NCBI RefSeq assembly: GCF_009914755.1
Contig: NC_060936.1
Source: the human T2T-CHM13v2.0 reference genome, Homo sapiens
Direction: 5' to 3' (one strand)
Length of the DNA stretch: 64,000 nucleotides
A program made the position numbers and the translations under genes. This document shows, piece after piece, positions 16,301 through 32,349 of this stretch. Positions within the stretch are counted from its first letter, which is position 1. Every line of letters starts with the position of its first letter. The notes beneath the pieces were generated by a model that was not told the DNA's origin, searched no databases, and worked only from the letters and a program-made list of their open reading frames with translations.

Positions 16301-16496
16301 AAGACAGGGAGGTTTAGACCCTTCTAAGCCCCCCACCTCCTGAATATCTTCTCAAATATGTTAGGCTGTCTACTGTGGCCCAGGTCCAAATTGTGCGTAA
16401 GTGGTTCAAGGAGAGACTTGAGTATCGTGAGAGAGAATAACAGGGGAAACCTCCATCAGTTAATGAGGTGATCAGGGAAGGTGATCTCACATTAAA

Positions 16497-17006
<510 letters not shown>

Positions 17007-17029
17007 CAATAAACCAAGGCCTGAGAGAA

Positions 17030-17280
17030 GAGTAAGGCTTAGCCAAGAGAAGTCAGTATTCCAGGTAGCAGGAACAGCATGTGCAAAAGCCCAGCGGTGG
17101 GAAGAACTTAGATCACTGGGGGAGACAAAGGAGGACAGTGCAGCTGAGTACACAGAGAAGGGGAGAAGCAGTGTGAGATGAAGCTGGAAGGGTGGGCAGA
17201 AGCCAGATCATGCAGGGACATGCAGGCCACTACAAAGACTTTAGATCTTAAGAGAAATAGAAAGCCACAGATGGGATTTT
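17030..17280 (-). mobile_element. L2 fragment
   Basis: attccaggtagcaggaacagcatgtgcaaaagccc...gccagatcatgcaggg. Confidence 0.65.
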
Positions 17281-17569
17281 CCCCATTCAATTTATTTGTC
17301 AAATACCTGCTCTGTTCCAGATAGTATGTGAGTGAGGGTGAGAGAAGGGGTTTCAGAGGAAGGATTGTAATGAGTGGTGAGGTCACCTCTGTGTATATAG
17401 TCATAGTTGAGAGGACCAAATCTGTGCATTTCTTCTCAGTTCTACATTCAGTGACGTCCTATCAGTAGCTTGACCTTGCATGTGTGGGCATATTTATACC
17501 TCTGAAGTCGGCTAGTGCTACAAATCAGGACCTCACCCTCCACGTGCCTTACAAGATCACAGTATCCAC

Positions 17570-18150
<581 letters not shown>

Positions 18151-18152
18151 GA

Positions 18153-18835
<683 letters not shown>

Positions 18836-19510
18836 GATTTTTACTTTTAAAAGCTCCGTCTGGTCATTTTGAAGAAAATGGGGAGGATTGAAGGTAGGAG
18901 TGGAGGCAGGGAGACAGGGTGGACACTGTGTGGTCACCCATGAGAGATGATGGTGGCTTCAACTCTGGTAGCAGCAATAAAAAGAAGGGTGTTGCCTCAG
19001 GAGGTACTGTGGAGGGGAAGAGGATAGCACATATTGCCCTAGGTTGGGATTCGTAGAAGCAGAGTCCAGAATTTGGGGAGGGCTTGAGCCAGGATGTGCT
19101 CTCAGGTGCAGTCTAGCCTTGGCCTGACCCTCAGGGGGATACTGGAGCATAAACTGCATTACAGAATTGTCCCTATATCAGTCAATCTCACCAGCTGCCC
19201 CCGGTGAGAAGTGGTATGGCCTCCAGAGGTCTGCATTTCTGGGTGAAGTGGCTTGACTCAGCCAAAGTTAATTCTCCAGGCAAGGTGGTTGGTGGTTGTA
19301 AGCTGCCTGTAGTACTTGCAGCATTTAAAGAATGGGCACATTAGTGTCAAAGGAGATGAGGGGGGTGAGGGGGATGTCAGCTGCATCTACAGCATTCATG
19401 GACCATGTACATGGGACTCAGCATTGTGCCTGGGGGGGTGAAGAGGAGTATGGAACTAATGTTTGCACTTGAATAACCAATATCCTTGAAAAGATCAGGG
19501 TTGGCTAGGG

Positions 19511-19517
19511 GTGTGTT

Positions 19518-19568
<51 letters not shown>
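19511..19568 (+). repeat. (TG)n microsatellite
   Basis: Directly visible, about 24 pure units from 19520. Confidence 0.95.
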
Positions 19569-19570
<2 letters not shown>

Positions 19571-19574
19571 TTAG

Positions 19575-19690
19575 CAAGACTAATGAACCACATGGTTTTT
19601 CTCAGGACAGAGGGGTTTCCCAGGATGCAAGAGTTTTCTATGTTAAAATCAGGAGAGTCCCAGGCAAACCAGGATGGTAAATCATCCTAT
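19575..19690. mobile_element. MER94-like hAT MITE
   Basis: ggggtttcccaggatgc...gtcccaggcaaaccaggatggt...atcatccta. Confidence 0.55.
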
Positions 19691-20091
19691 TAGCGGAAGG
19701 TGGGCTGAGCCACCTAATCCATAGGATTCTCATATATCAGCTTTACCTGCAGACCAGAGGTGACATACCTCTAAGTCTATTCCTAATAGTATGTCACAAT
19801 AAACTGATAAGCTGAAGCATCTTCCAGACATTTCCTTATTTTCCTCCTGGGGTAGCAGAAGATGGCAATTTGGTGGCTGTTGACCTGAGCCCTAGTTTTG
19901 AAGATGGGGAGATTTTGACTCAAGATTATTTCTGTGCTGATGGGTCACGAGGCTGAGTCAGAGGATCCACCCTCCTGTTTCTGCTTCCCAACTGCTACCA
20001 GGAATTGGGACTCTGATTTCTGGTCTTCCCACATTTGCATCTTTCTACTTGACAATCTCTCTAAAAAGAGAGAGTGACCAGTTTAGATCAC

Positions 20092-20840
<749 letters not shown>

Positions 20841-22445
20841 CCTGGCTTTCTTCTCTACAAGGATGGGAGACGCAAATAACCTTCTTATAAAATGACTATC
20901 TCCCGGACCCTCCTCCCAGGCTCTGCCAAGATACAGACAGTCTCCGCCTTTTCTCCTGAGCCCAGCACCCAGCTGTCTTGGAGAAAATGAGCCACTTGTG
21001 AGCCCTGCAGGGCTGCCCTGCCCAGGGTGGTCCACTGGCATCTCTGTGAGCCTGACCTCTTCTGCCCTGGGCTCGGCTGGCCCTGTCTAGGGAACTGGCT
21101 GGACTCCCCAGGGCTCCTGGACAGCTTATGACCAGGGAATGGAAAACCGCCTCCCATGCTGGTTAGAATTTTGAGTTTTCTTGGAAGCATTTGATGATTT
21201 TTCAAAAACCTTATTCTACTTCTTTTCCAAAAGCAGCCCATAAAACAATCTTACAGCCAAAGGAAATGCATCTTGGGCACCACCCAGGCATGGGCAAGCT
21301 GATGAAGAGAGATTTCTTTTTACTCCTTTCTGTCTAGTGCTTTAAGAATGTGATAACTTGGTCTTGTGTTCTCAACATTTAGAGAAGGTTGTGTGTGTGT
21401 GTGTGTTTCAAATGTGCCACTTAGTGATCTCCAGGTCTCTGGATCCTGAGAATATCCTAGTTTAGCCATTCCACCTCCTGCCCGCATAAGACTCTCTACA
21501 GGCTAATAGTCACCCCCTTTTGAATGGAATTTGAAAAAAAAAATCTGTTGCATAAATTGTAGCATGTTGAGGGTGGAGAGATGAGAGGGTGTCCAGGCTG
21601 AGAGCCTGCATGGGGCTCTGACCTGGGTTCTGTGATATCTAGAACTGCAGGCACTTTGCCTATTTGAGGTGGGATAGGAGCAAGGGAGGCTGCTGTGTGC
21701 TCCAGAGGGAGGTTGCAATGCTGGGCAGCTCAGGAAGCACCCTGGGAAGCCCTCTTCTCCTAATATCCTAATATTACCTGCATTGGTGGATAGAAGCCTA
21801 GCCAAGCATATCAGACACATGAAAACAACCTCAGCCCACATCAGCAGAAGGATCAAAGATTCAAACCCCTAGTTTGGGAGGTATCTTGGGCTGGACTCCC
21901 CTAGAAGCCAACCTAGAAACAATGAATCCAGTGAAAGTAGTTTGTTTGGGAGGTGAGCCCAGGAAGCACTCAGAAAGGGGCAGGGAAATGAGATGGGGAA
22001 GAGAGAGAACCGAGCCCATGGCTCCAGAACCCTGTCTCTTATTCTTCATTCATAACAGAAAAGCTTTGACTTGGTGGCTGGCTTTAACTGTGTTAAAACA
22101 AGTTGTCTGAAATGCAGCGCTTTAAAAACCCGTGTATAATATTTTATGTGTCTGTGCCAGCTTCTATAACAAAGTGCTACAGACTGGGTAGCTTAGACAG
22201 AAGTGTCTTCTCTCACCATTCTGGGGGCTAGAAGTCCAAGATCAAGGTGTGGGCAGGGCTGGTTGCTTCTGGGGCCTCTCTCTTGGCTTGTTGATGGCCT
22301 CCTCCCTGTATCTTCACATGGTCATCCCTCCGTGTGTGTGTGTGTGTGTGTCCTAATCTCTCCTTAGGAAACAAATCATATTGGATTAGGGCCCACCCTA
22401 ACAGCCTCCTTCAGCTAAATTACCTCTTTAAAGATCCTATCTCTT

Positions 22446-22731
<286 letters not shown>

Positions 22732-22772
<41 letters not shown>
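22732..22772 (+). repeat. (CA)n microsatellite at the Alu tail
   Basis: Directly visible. Confidence 0.95.
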
Positions 22773-22775
<3 letters not shown>

Positions 22776-22839
22776 CAACCCCCTCCCCCATCTCCAAATA
22801 CAATTCCATTCTGAGGTACTAGGGTTAGGAATTTAATTA

Positions 22840-23046
22840 ATTAATTTTTAGATACGGGGTCTTATTGTGTTGCCCAGGCTGGAGTACTGTGGTGCAGTGA
22901 TAGCTCGTTGCAACCTTAGACGAGATCAGGCACATTAGGGTGGTATGGCCACACTCGCTGCAGCCTCCAACTCCCAGGCTCGACAATTCTCCCACCCCGG
23001 CTTCCCTGGTAGCTGGGACTACAGGCACGCACCACCACGCTCGGCT
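22840..23046 (-). mobile_element. Alu monomer (FRAM-like)
   Basis: Only a right-arm-type monomer; TSD ttaggaatttaa at 22825-22836 and 23046-23057. Confidence 0.8.
22917..22953 (-). pseudogene. 5S rRNA 5'-fragment retropseudogene (tailless)
   Basis: Reverse complement ggccataccaccct-aatgtgcctgatctcgtct versus 5S GGCCATACCACCCTGAACGCGCCCGATCTCGTCT (3 CpG transitions, 1 gap); flanked by a duplicated Alu segment. Confidence 0.85.
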
Positions 23047-23399
23047 TAGGAATTTAACCTATGAATTTTGGGGGCTACAGTTTAGCAGATAAGAGATAGT
23101 GACACTGGAAGGTGTATTGCAAGCCACAGGATCCTTTTTGCTTACTATCAGGATGGTTGAGTTTTTGGTTTGTCTTGGAGGTATCTTTATTCTCTACAAT
23201 ACAGTCCCTTAGTATATTTCATTAAGTGATCATCTTTAAGAGGCTTCTCGACTGTGGCATCCAGCATACGCTATGGTGAACTCATCCCGCTAGGAATAAT
23301 TATGCCCTGTCTGAATTAGGGATTTAGGCTAACGAGGAGTTATAAGTGCCAGGTGGTTTCCACGAGCATTGCACACTTGCAGGGATTGAGGTTGTTCTA

Positions 23400-23565
23400 G
23401 GTGGGGGTTCTCAGGCTTGACTTCATCAGTGAGTGCTGAAAACTCCTTATGGCAAGCCCAGCTCAGACCAATTACAGTCTGGTTTTCTGGGGGTGGGGCC
23501 TGGCATCAGGGCTTTTAAAACATCCCAGGTGACTCCACTGTGCAGCCAGACTGTAGGAAACACCT
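23400..23565. mobile_element. MER5-type hAT element
   Basis: ctgggggtggggcctggcatcag..ttttaaaacatcccaggtgactcc..tgtgcagccag. Confidence 0.65.
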
Positions 23566-23737
23566 TTTTAGGCTAATGTATCTTCCCTAAGTAATACTTT
23601 GTCATTCAAAGTAAAATAATGGAGAAGGCTCCTGTAATACGGAAACTTTGTAAGAATTCAAAGATAAGGCAAATTCTTCTTCTCTAAGGACTGTATATTA
23701 TAGATATGTGATAATATATATGTATTATAGTATATAA

Positions 23738-24148
<411 letters not shown>

Positions 24149-24232
24149 TAATATATGTTTTGGAGGTGGAAGGATTCTCTGTCTTCTGTTCAGGCATGGG
24201 AAGTAATATGGTTTCTGTCTGTCTGTCTGCTT

Positions 24233-24700
24233 CTGTATAGGATCTTGTCTATTTCCACCCCATTCTCTACCCCTCTAGATTTACTCTCCACCCTGTTCTG
24301 TATCCTGCAAGGCTGACCTGTAAGCACCATCCATGTACCCCCTTAGCCTTGACTTCTGGTTGGTTCTGGCCAGCCTGAAGCGGGAGCCTAGACAAAGGAG
24401 AGTTAGGTCAGGTTGTTGGTTTGTGTGGCTCCCTCTCTAGGAGGTGGTCTTGGGCTGACCACGCAGATCCCTGTTTCTCTCAAGTTGGCCCGCTCTGCAC
24501 ATCTCCCTTTGCTTACAGGTTGTGATAGTTCCTCCCCTTGGTCCCTTCTGGTCTAAGATTGGCAATAATTTTCCTCTGCTACCCAGAATCCTGTGTCCTC
24601 CCTCCTGGTCCCCTTCCACCCTGCCATACTCCTGCAATGAGTGCTTTGTAGATCATCCTAACTGCACTGTGTAATCCTGTTGGGACCCTAACTAGTAGGT
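24233..24700 (+). mobile_element. LTR33-like ERVL LTR
   Basis: aggctgacctgt...ccttgacttctggttggttctggcca...cctgttgggaccctaacta. Confidence 0.45.
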
Positions 24701-25011
24701 TGTAAATGGAAAATCAGCTCTATTTGCTGTCACTTGCAGGGAACCATCATCATAAATGTAATAAAAATGATGTTTATTTTTGACCAAATGAAATAAAGTC
24801 TTTGGGTGTCTATTTAAATGGACATGTTAAAATCATAATAGCACTAAGCTGAGACTTTCTTCTCCAGGTAACCTAAAAGGTTGAATAGGAATAAACAATG
24901 AGTTAGTTAATGAGTGTGGAATTGGCTTTCCCAAGATCATTTAATGCTATGTGCACACATTCTATCCCATTCTGAACCACCAATGCAAGATGGTCCACCC
25001 CAGTCTTTAAA

Positions 25012-25560
25012 ATGTACCCAGGATTTATTTTAGTCATAGATGGTAAGATACACAGACATGGAAATGACTGTTATGAAGAAAGAAGGTTTCCTCACATGAC
25101 CCTAAAAACAGGAGACATATCACCTACGGAAGGCCGCACAGGGCAGCACCAGAGTTGGCCAGGAGGTAGTGGGAGAGGGAGGCAAAACGTCGGCAAGAAC
25201 CTTTATTGTGGCTTTTGCAGGAAGACAAGACAAGGCAGGGTAGGTTTGCTTAGGATTGGCAAATTGGGGTAATTCTAGCAGGTTCTGGAGCATAGACACA
25301 GAGGGGCTGTCCCTAGTTTTCTACTCCCCAGCCCCGGGGTGATTAAGGCAGGGGAATAGTGGCCTGACTGTGAGAGCCCACTAGAAAAGGTGGCTGGGCT
25401 GTGGGCTTCAGATCGGTTGGTTTACACATGACAGGTGCACTTGCAGATGAATTCCTGACTATCTCTAGAAATTAGCTACCCCTGGGAAGGACATTCTCTC
25501 CAGGATCAGTGAAGCCCCAGGTGTCAACACATCAGAAAACACAGAAAATAAAAAGACACA
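25012..25560 (-). mobile_element. ERVL LTR (MER54/MER74-like)
   Basis: cagacatggaaatgactg...ggccgcacagggcagcaccagag...aacctttattgtgg. Confidence 0.45.
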
Positions 25561-25957
25561 ATTTATGCACCTACCTCGCAACAACCAAAGAGGAAGGGGA
25601 AGGAGAAGGGAGGATGAGCTTCCCTAGGCCACATGAAAGATCTGTTAAATTTCACTGCTCATAAAAGTGGTTATGAGGTTGCTAATGTCCCTGCTGGTCC
25701 CTTGGTGATATTTGTTACCCAGAATTCAGAACCAGCCAAGGGTGGGGAAAGGGTAAGAAAGGAAACTCAGGGGGAGGAGACACAGAGCCGGCTGCAGGGC
25801 AGTGGCAGACAGAGCCTTGGCAGAAAGGACTGAAGAGCACTGTGTCCAATGGGACAGGCATGTGGTCAAGTCTAGTTAGCCAGGTGACAACCACTGGACA
25901 AGCAAACTCTGCCAGGACACAGTAGCCCTGAGGCTCCCGATACACAGGATCACCTAG

Positions 25958-26428
<471 letters not shown>

Positions 26429-26999
26429 CCTGGAATTCAGGTCTTCTAATGACACAGGCATCACAATGAGTCCCCCACATCTCCTTTGACACAGCTGGAC
26501 CCCTGTGGTAGGTCGCTCTTGGGTTTCTAGCTTCTCCTAGAGGCGTGAGATAGAACAACACTCTGGGCTCCATGCTGGCTTCCCTAGGACCCATCCCCGT
26601 TACCTCAGAGTCTAGCAAGGAGCCCTGTCTGACCTCGGCTCATTCTGAGCCCACACACACAACTCAGGCTCAGTCTGTTTACTCTCTGAAGCTGCTTTCT
26701 AATGCAACTCACACAGAGAGTGAGTTATAACAGTGCCAAGCCTGGGCACCTCTATGCTAGATGCCCTTTGAACACTTAACGTGCTTTGTCTCACTTACTC
26801 CTCACTCTAACCCTCTGAGGCAGGTTTTATTATTTTTCTATCTTACAGATAAGGACACTGAGGTCCATTTTTCAGCATTTCACAAAGGGAGAGCAAGTGG
26901 GATAGAGGCCCTTCCCCAGGCAGTGGGGTCTGATATTCTTATTTACACTGTTCCCATATTATGAACTTCCTTTAATTAAACACTTACTGTTAAGCACTT

Positions 27000-27284
27000 T
27001 TTAATTTTGCAGTGAGCTCTGTTGCCCAGGCTGGGCCAGTGATGTGGTCATAGCTCACTGTAGCTGTGAACACCTGGCCTCTAGTAGTCTTCCTGCTTCA
27101 GCCTCCTGAGTGGCTAGGACTATGGGTGCATGCCAACATGCCTGGCTACTTTTTGTGTTTATTTTGGAGATACAGGGTCATGCTCTGTTGCTCAGCCTGG
27201 TCTCAGACTCCTGGGTGCAAGCAATCCCTCCCACCTTGGCTTCTCAAAGTGTGGGATAACAGGGATGAGCCACTGTGCCCAGCC
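27000..27284 (-). mobile_element. Degenerate Alu (AluJ-like)
   Basis: Diverged reverse Alu; flanking taagcacttt duplicated. Confidence 0.85.
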
Positions 27285-27981
27285 TGCTAAGCACTTTATA
27301 TATGTGATTTCATCTCTTCTTTGCAGCCACCTTATGAAATTGGTGCCATCAACATTCCCATTGATGAGGAGGTTGAAGCAGAAAGAGGTGATATGACTTC
27401 AGGTGACATGACTGGCCAGTGGTGAAGCTGGGATTTGAATGGAGGCCATCACATAGTGTAGGTTAATCATGAAATCTCCATGCCTCTGTCCCTTGTCTTG
27501 GGTGGAAACATTTGGGGCAGGTGCTACACGGTTTCCCTGAGGGTGCCCAGGTGAGACTGAGACCACGTGTCCCTAGTGGAACCCAGCTGAATAATGCACC
27601 TGCAAATTGGCTTTCTCTCCTTCCCTAGCTCACCTCACCCCAGCCCCCTGCTTCTACTCCTGGGGATCACTTCCCCAAATAACCTTTGTGTTGGGCTCTA
27701 ATTTGGGGAAAACCCAAGGCTAGGCAGCTAGTATTAATACTATGTCTCTATTCAAGACAATTTTTCTCAGGATCTAATAATTAAGCTTCTCCGTTCCCCA
27801 GGCACTAAGAGCCATTTTCACACATTTCCTCCTTTAATATTTTCTATAACTCTAGAAGTACATGGTTTTTATTTTCCTCTTGGTACAGATGAGGAAATGG
27901 AGTCTCAGACAAAGTCATTTGGTACCATTTGGTCATTTGGTGTAATTCACTTCACCTCCAGACTCCCTGCAATTCCTTTAA

Positions 27982-28275
27982 TTTTTTTTTTTTTTTTTGA
28001 GACAGATCTCACTCTGTAGCCCAGGCTAGAGTGCAATGGTGTGGTTTTGGCTCACTGCAGCCTTGACCTACTAGACTCAAGCAACTGTCCCTCCGCAGCC
28101 TCCTGAGTAGCTGGGACTATGGGTGCATGACACCCTGCCTGGATTTTTCTTTTTTGATAGAGATGGGGGTTTCACTATGTTGCCCAGGCTGGTCTTGAAT
28201 GCTGGTCTCAAGTGATCCTCCTGCCTCACCCTTCCAAAATGCTAGGATTATAGATGTGAGCCACCCTGCCCAGCC
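27982..28275 (-). mobile_element. Alu (AluJ-like)
   Basis: Reverse Alu consensus. Confidence 0.92.
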
Positions 28276-28349
28276 ACAATTCTTATTAAGTCACTAGAAC
28301 GCGCAAATATCAGAAGCAAGGCCTTACAATGCTTAGGAATTCTCTAAAT

Positions 28350-28680
28350 CAATGGTTCTCCAGTAAGGCAGATTTTGCCCTCTCCCCAGGGGACATTTGA
28401 CAATGTCTGGAGATATACCTCGTTGTCATGACTTGGGATGGGAGTGCAGGTGCTACTGGTATGGTTTGCAGAATAAGGCCTCTTAAGGATGTCTATGTCC
28501 TAATCCTTGCAAACCGGTGCATGCGTTATGTAACATGGTAAAGGGAATTAAAGCTGCAGATGAATTAAGGCTGCCACTTGTTTCACCTTAGAATGGATAG
28601 ATTATCCTGGATTATCTGTGTGGGCAAATGTAATCACAAGGGCCCTTAACCGAGGAAGAGAGAGGCAGAGGACTGGGTGC
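28350..28680. mobile_element. MER20 fragment followed by an MLT1D 5' fragment
   Basis: ccaggggacatttgacaatgtctggaga...tgctactgg; then gcagaataaggcc...gattatcctggattatc...aatgtaatcacaaggg. Confidence 0.65.
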
Positions 28681-29519
28681 TGGGAGCTTCTAACGGAACA
28701 ATCCCAGTGACTCCCCTCAGCACCAGCCCCCTCTGTGACAAGATTCCAGCAGCCAGGGCAAGCAGACCCCATATGTGTGCCAATGAATTAAGAAAAAAAA
28801 GCCAATCTTTTCCTCTAAAACCCTATGGTGGGCTGCACACTCACATAAACAGGGAATGTTTATTCACCTGTGAACAAGAGCAACAAGGATTCCATCCTTT
28901 ATGTAGGTAGTGTCAGCCGAATGAATTAGTGCACAAACAATAGATTCTGAGATGAATTAGACACACTTCCTGGCATGAAGGACCACACCGCCTGGATCCA
29001 GGTACTGAGTGTCACATTGCATGTGTGACATCACAGTGCATGACAAGGAACTGCATGTAAAAAGGAAATTGAGGTAATATGGAGGCTCGGAGTGATTCTC
29101 AGATGTTTGGAAAGGGGAACCTGGGAAGGCTTCACAGAGGCGGTGATGTTGGAGATAAATCTTGGAGGACAAATTCAAAATACTCAGGGAACAAGAAAAG
29201 AAGGAACAACGTAAGCAAAGGGGATGGCACATGCAAAATCACGATTTTCAAATCCCCCAGATGGCAGGATGGAGAGGCTGAGAGTCTGTGAAAAATGGGC
29301 ACAATGATATTACTTCCCTCATAGATTTATCAATGAGAAGTGTAAGAGAACCCAAGCAAAGAGTCTAGCATACACGAAGGGCTCAGGAAACATTATTGCA
29401 GAATAGTACTAGATTTACCTCTCTAATAGATCATGCAGCATAGCATGCTTACCTTAAGTTTTACGATTGTATGTCTGTGTTGGCAGGGAGTACTCCAGGC
29501 AAAGAAATGAATTAGGAAT

Positions 29520-29830
29520 GGTCTTAGTCTATGAGACTGTAGAGTCTACATAAACAAAATAGCATGAACTGGGTAGCTTATAAAGTACAGAAATGTATGC
29601 CTTACAGTCCTGGAGGCTGGGACATTCAAGATCAATGTGCCAACAGATTCAGTGTCTGATGAGGGTCTGTTTCCTGGTTCATTGATGGCAACTTTTGACT
29701 CTGTCCTCGCATGGTGGAAGGGACAAGAGATTTCTCTGGGGCCTCTTTTTTATAAGGCCACTAATACCATTCATGAGGGCTCTATGACCTAATCACCTTC
29801 CAAAAGGCTCCATCTCCTAATGCCACAGAC
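29520..29830 (-). mobile_element. MLT1A-like LTR
   Basis: gaactgggtagcttataaa...ataaggccactaataccattcatgagggctc. Confidence 0.75.
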
Positions 29831-29844
29831 TGAAGGCGATACTG

Positions 29845-30021
29845 TTGGCTTCCTTACTTTTGACGTTTTGGGACTCACACTGGCTTCCTTGCTCCTCAGC
29901 TTGCAGACAGCCTATTGTGGGACTTCACCTGGTGATCACATGAGTCAATGCTCCTTAATAAACTCCCTTTCATGTATACATCTATCCTATTAGTCCTGTC
30001 CCTCTAGAGAACCCTAATACA
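29845..30021 (+). mobile_element. MLT2 (HERV-L) LTR 3' part
   Basis: cagcttgcagacagcctattgtgggacttc...ccttaataaactccc...ctctagagaaccctaataca. Confidence 0.8.
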
Positions 30022-30455
30022 ATTGACATAATATTAAAGATCTTCCTCCTCTTTCAATCTTGCATGAAATTTTATTTCTTTGCATTAAGAGGTTTTCCAC
30101 TCTATTTGATGCTAGAAATTCCCCATGAATTGCAGAGATAGTTAGGGCCAAGAGGTGTTTCTTAGAACCTCCTAAGCCAGTTTGGGTTGATGGCTTGGGA
30201 GTTAGGAAGCTTTGACTCTCATTTCAACTCTGCCAATCAACATGTCCTGTGACCTTGACATGCCACTGCCTCTCTTGGGCCTCTATCCTAATCTAAAACC
30301 CTCATTTAGTAGATGAGAATATATAGTTTTTCTGAAAGTGTGGTATGCTTAGCACTGGAGGCATCATGAAGCATAAAAAAACACAACAAAGGAAAAGGAT
30401 TTTATTAAAAAGGTTATCTTTTGTTTGTGTCTGATACTGGTTTTCAATTTCATGG

Positions 30456-30840
30456 TGTATGAATTTGCTAGGGCTGATGTCACAAAGTATTGCAGATGGG
30501 GTGGCTTAAATAACAGAAATTAATTTTCTCATGATTCTGGAGGCTAGAAGTATGAGATCAAGGTATTGGCGAGGGTGATTCTTTGAGGTCCCTTCTCCTT
30601 GACTTGTAGATGGCCATCTTCAAGTTCATATGACATTCTCCCTTTATGAATGTCTGTGTCCTAATCTCCTCTTCTTATAAGGAAACCAGTCCTATTGGAT
30701 TAAGAACCATCCCAATAATCCCATTTAACTTATTAACCTCTTTAAAGACCCTTCCTCCAAATATAGTCATATTCTGAAATACTGGGGATTAGAACTTCAA
30801 AATATGAATTTTGAGGGGTCTCAAATTAGCTCATAAGACA
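30456..30840 (-). mobile_element. MLT1B/C LTR
   Basis: tttgctagggctg...tctggaggctagaag...ctcttcttataagg...atatgaattttgagggg. Confidence 0.8.
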
Positions 30841-30969
30841 TGGTATTTATATGTAGATAAAATTTGTTTCAAAATATGGCAAAAATATAAGTCAATTTAA
30901 AGGAAGAAACTTTTAATAATACATTCATATAGCAAAATTATGAAAGTGGTACAAAAATGGCAATTTCTC

Positions 30970-31450
30970 TTATCTATTGATGGGTAACGAGCTGTCTCAA
31001 CATTTGGTGGCTTAAAACAGCCATTTTATTTTGCGCATGGTTTTGTGGGACAGGAATTCAGGAAGGGCTCAGTGGGTAATTTCTGTTTGATTCACTTGGG
31101 GTCCACTAGGGCAACAGGATCCACTTCCAAGATGGCGTCTTCACTCACATATCTGGAACCTCGGTGCTCCTTGTCCTTCACGCTCCATTTGGTGCCTTAT
31201 TTTCCAGGCCCTCTTCCCTCAGGTAGCCTGGGCTTTCTCACAGCATGGTGGCATCAGGGTTGTAGGATTTCTTACAAGGCACTGACTTGTAGAAAGTTTT
31301 CAGGAGCTCCGAATGAGGAGATTCAAGGGCTCTGACGACCAACCGTCGGCTGTCCCAGTACGTCACTTCTTCCACATTCTAATGGTCAGAGTAGTCACTA
31401 AGGCCAGTCCAGGTTCGCGGAAGGAAAATTAGATTCCACGTCTCTATGGG
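30970..31450 (-). mobile_element. Old MLT1 LTR
   Basis: gtggcttaaaacagccattttatt...ggacaggaattcagg...ccacttccaagatggc...cacagcatggtgg. Confidence 0.6.
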
Positions 31451-32349
31451 AGGACTAGCCACACTAAGCCACTGCGCTGGTTTAGAACTGTCTGAAGTCC
31501 CTCCTAGAGGTCGTGTGTTTGATTCTGCATCTCCGTGATTTGTGAATCTTGCATCATTTAAATTCAGCCTTACACACTGATGCCTTTGGTGCCGTCCCAA
31601 TATTTAGGTAGCAAACTCGTAGTGGGTAGAGATTCAGGCTTAAGCTTCCAGCCTGGCTCTGAGGAGAACTGTCTGGGGCTCCCTGCCCTCTTCCCCATGG
31701 ATGAGACTCTTCCCAGCCTTGGGCAAACACAGCGGGGAGCTGGCACCATCTCCCGCTAGACACCTCCTCCTTTTCCTCTTGCCCTTACCATGACTCCCGA
31801 GTTATTCTCAGAAGTAAAAGCTTTCCACGCCTGCTCTTCTCTCCTGCAGCCAGGAGTGCAAATTTAGATATTGGAGCTGCTCAGGCAGAAAAATGGCCCT
31901 GGAATCAGGGAAGCAGAAACCTGCAGCTGCCACGAAAGGACCGCGGAGATGAAGACCCGGAAGCTTGCATGTGTTGAAGCCCGGGGTGTGGGGGACTGTG
32001 GTCACGTACTCGAGGGGGCTTCAGAGACCTCTGGGAAGCCCTTTCTGCCCACTCGAAGCCTGCCCCTGTGCCTGACAGTCTTCCATCGGGAGCGATGTCA
32101 TAAAGAAGAAATGGAATTCAGTGGGAAGAGTGGTGGACTCGGGGACAAAAGATCTGGGTTTGCGCCCTGGCTCTGACCTAACTCACCAGCATTATTGGAG
32201 GCACGTTAGGTAGGTGCTTGTCAGAGTCCTGCGTTCTAGGTGCTTTACAGGTGTCCACTTACTGGATCTTCATAACACACCTATGAAGCAGGGAGTGTCA
32301 TCTCTATTTCACAGCTGAAGAATCTGAAGCTAAGTGTCATGTTTGTGTG

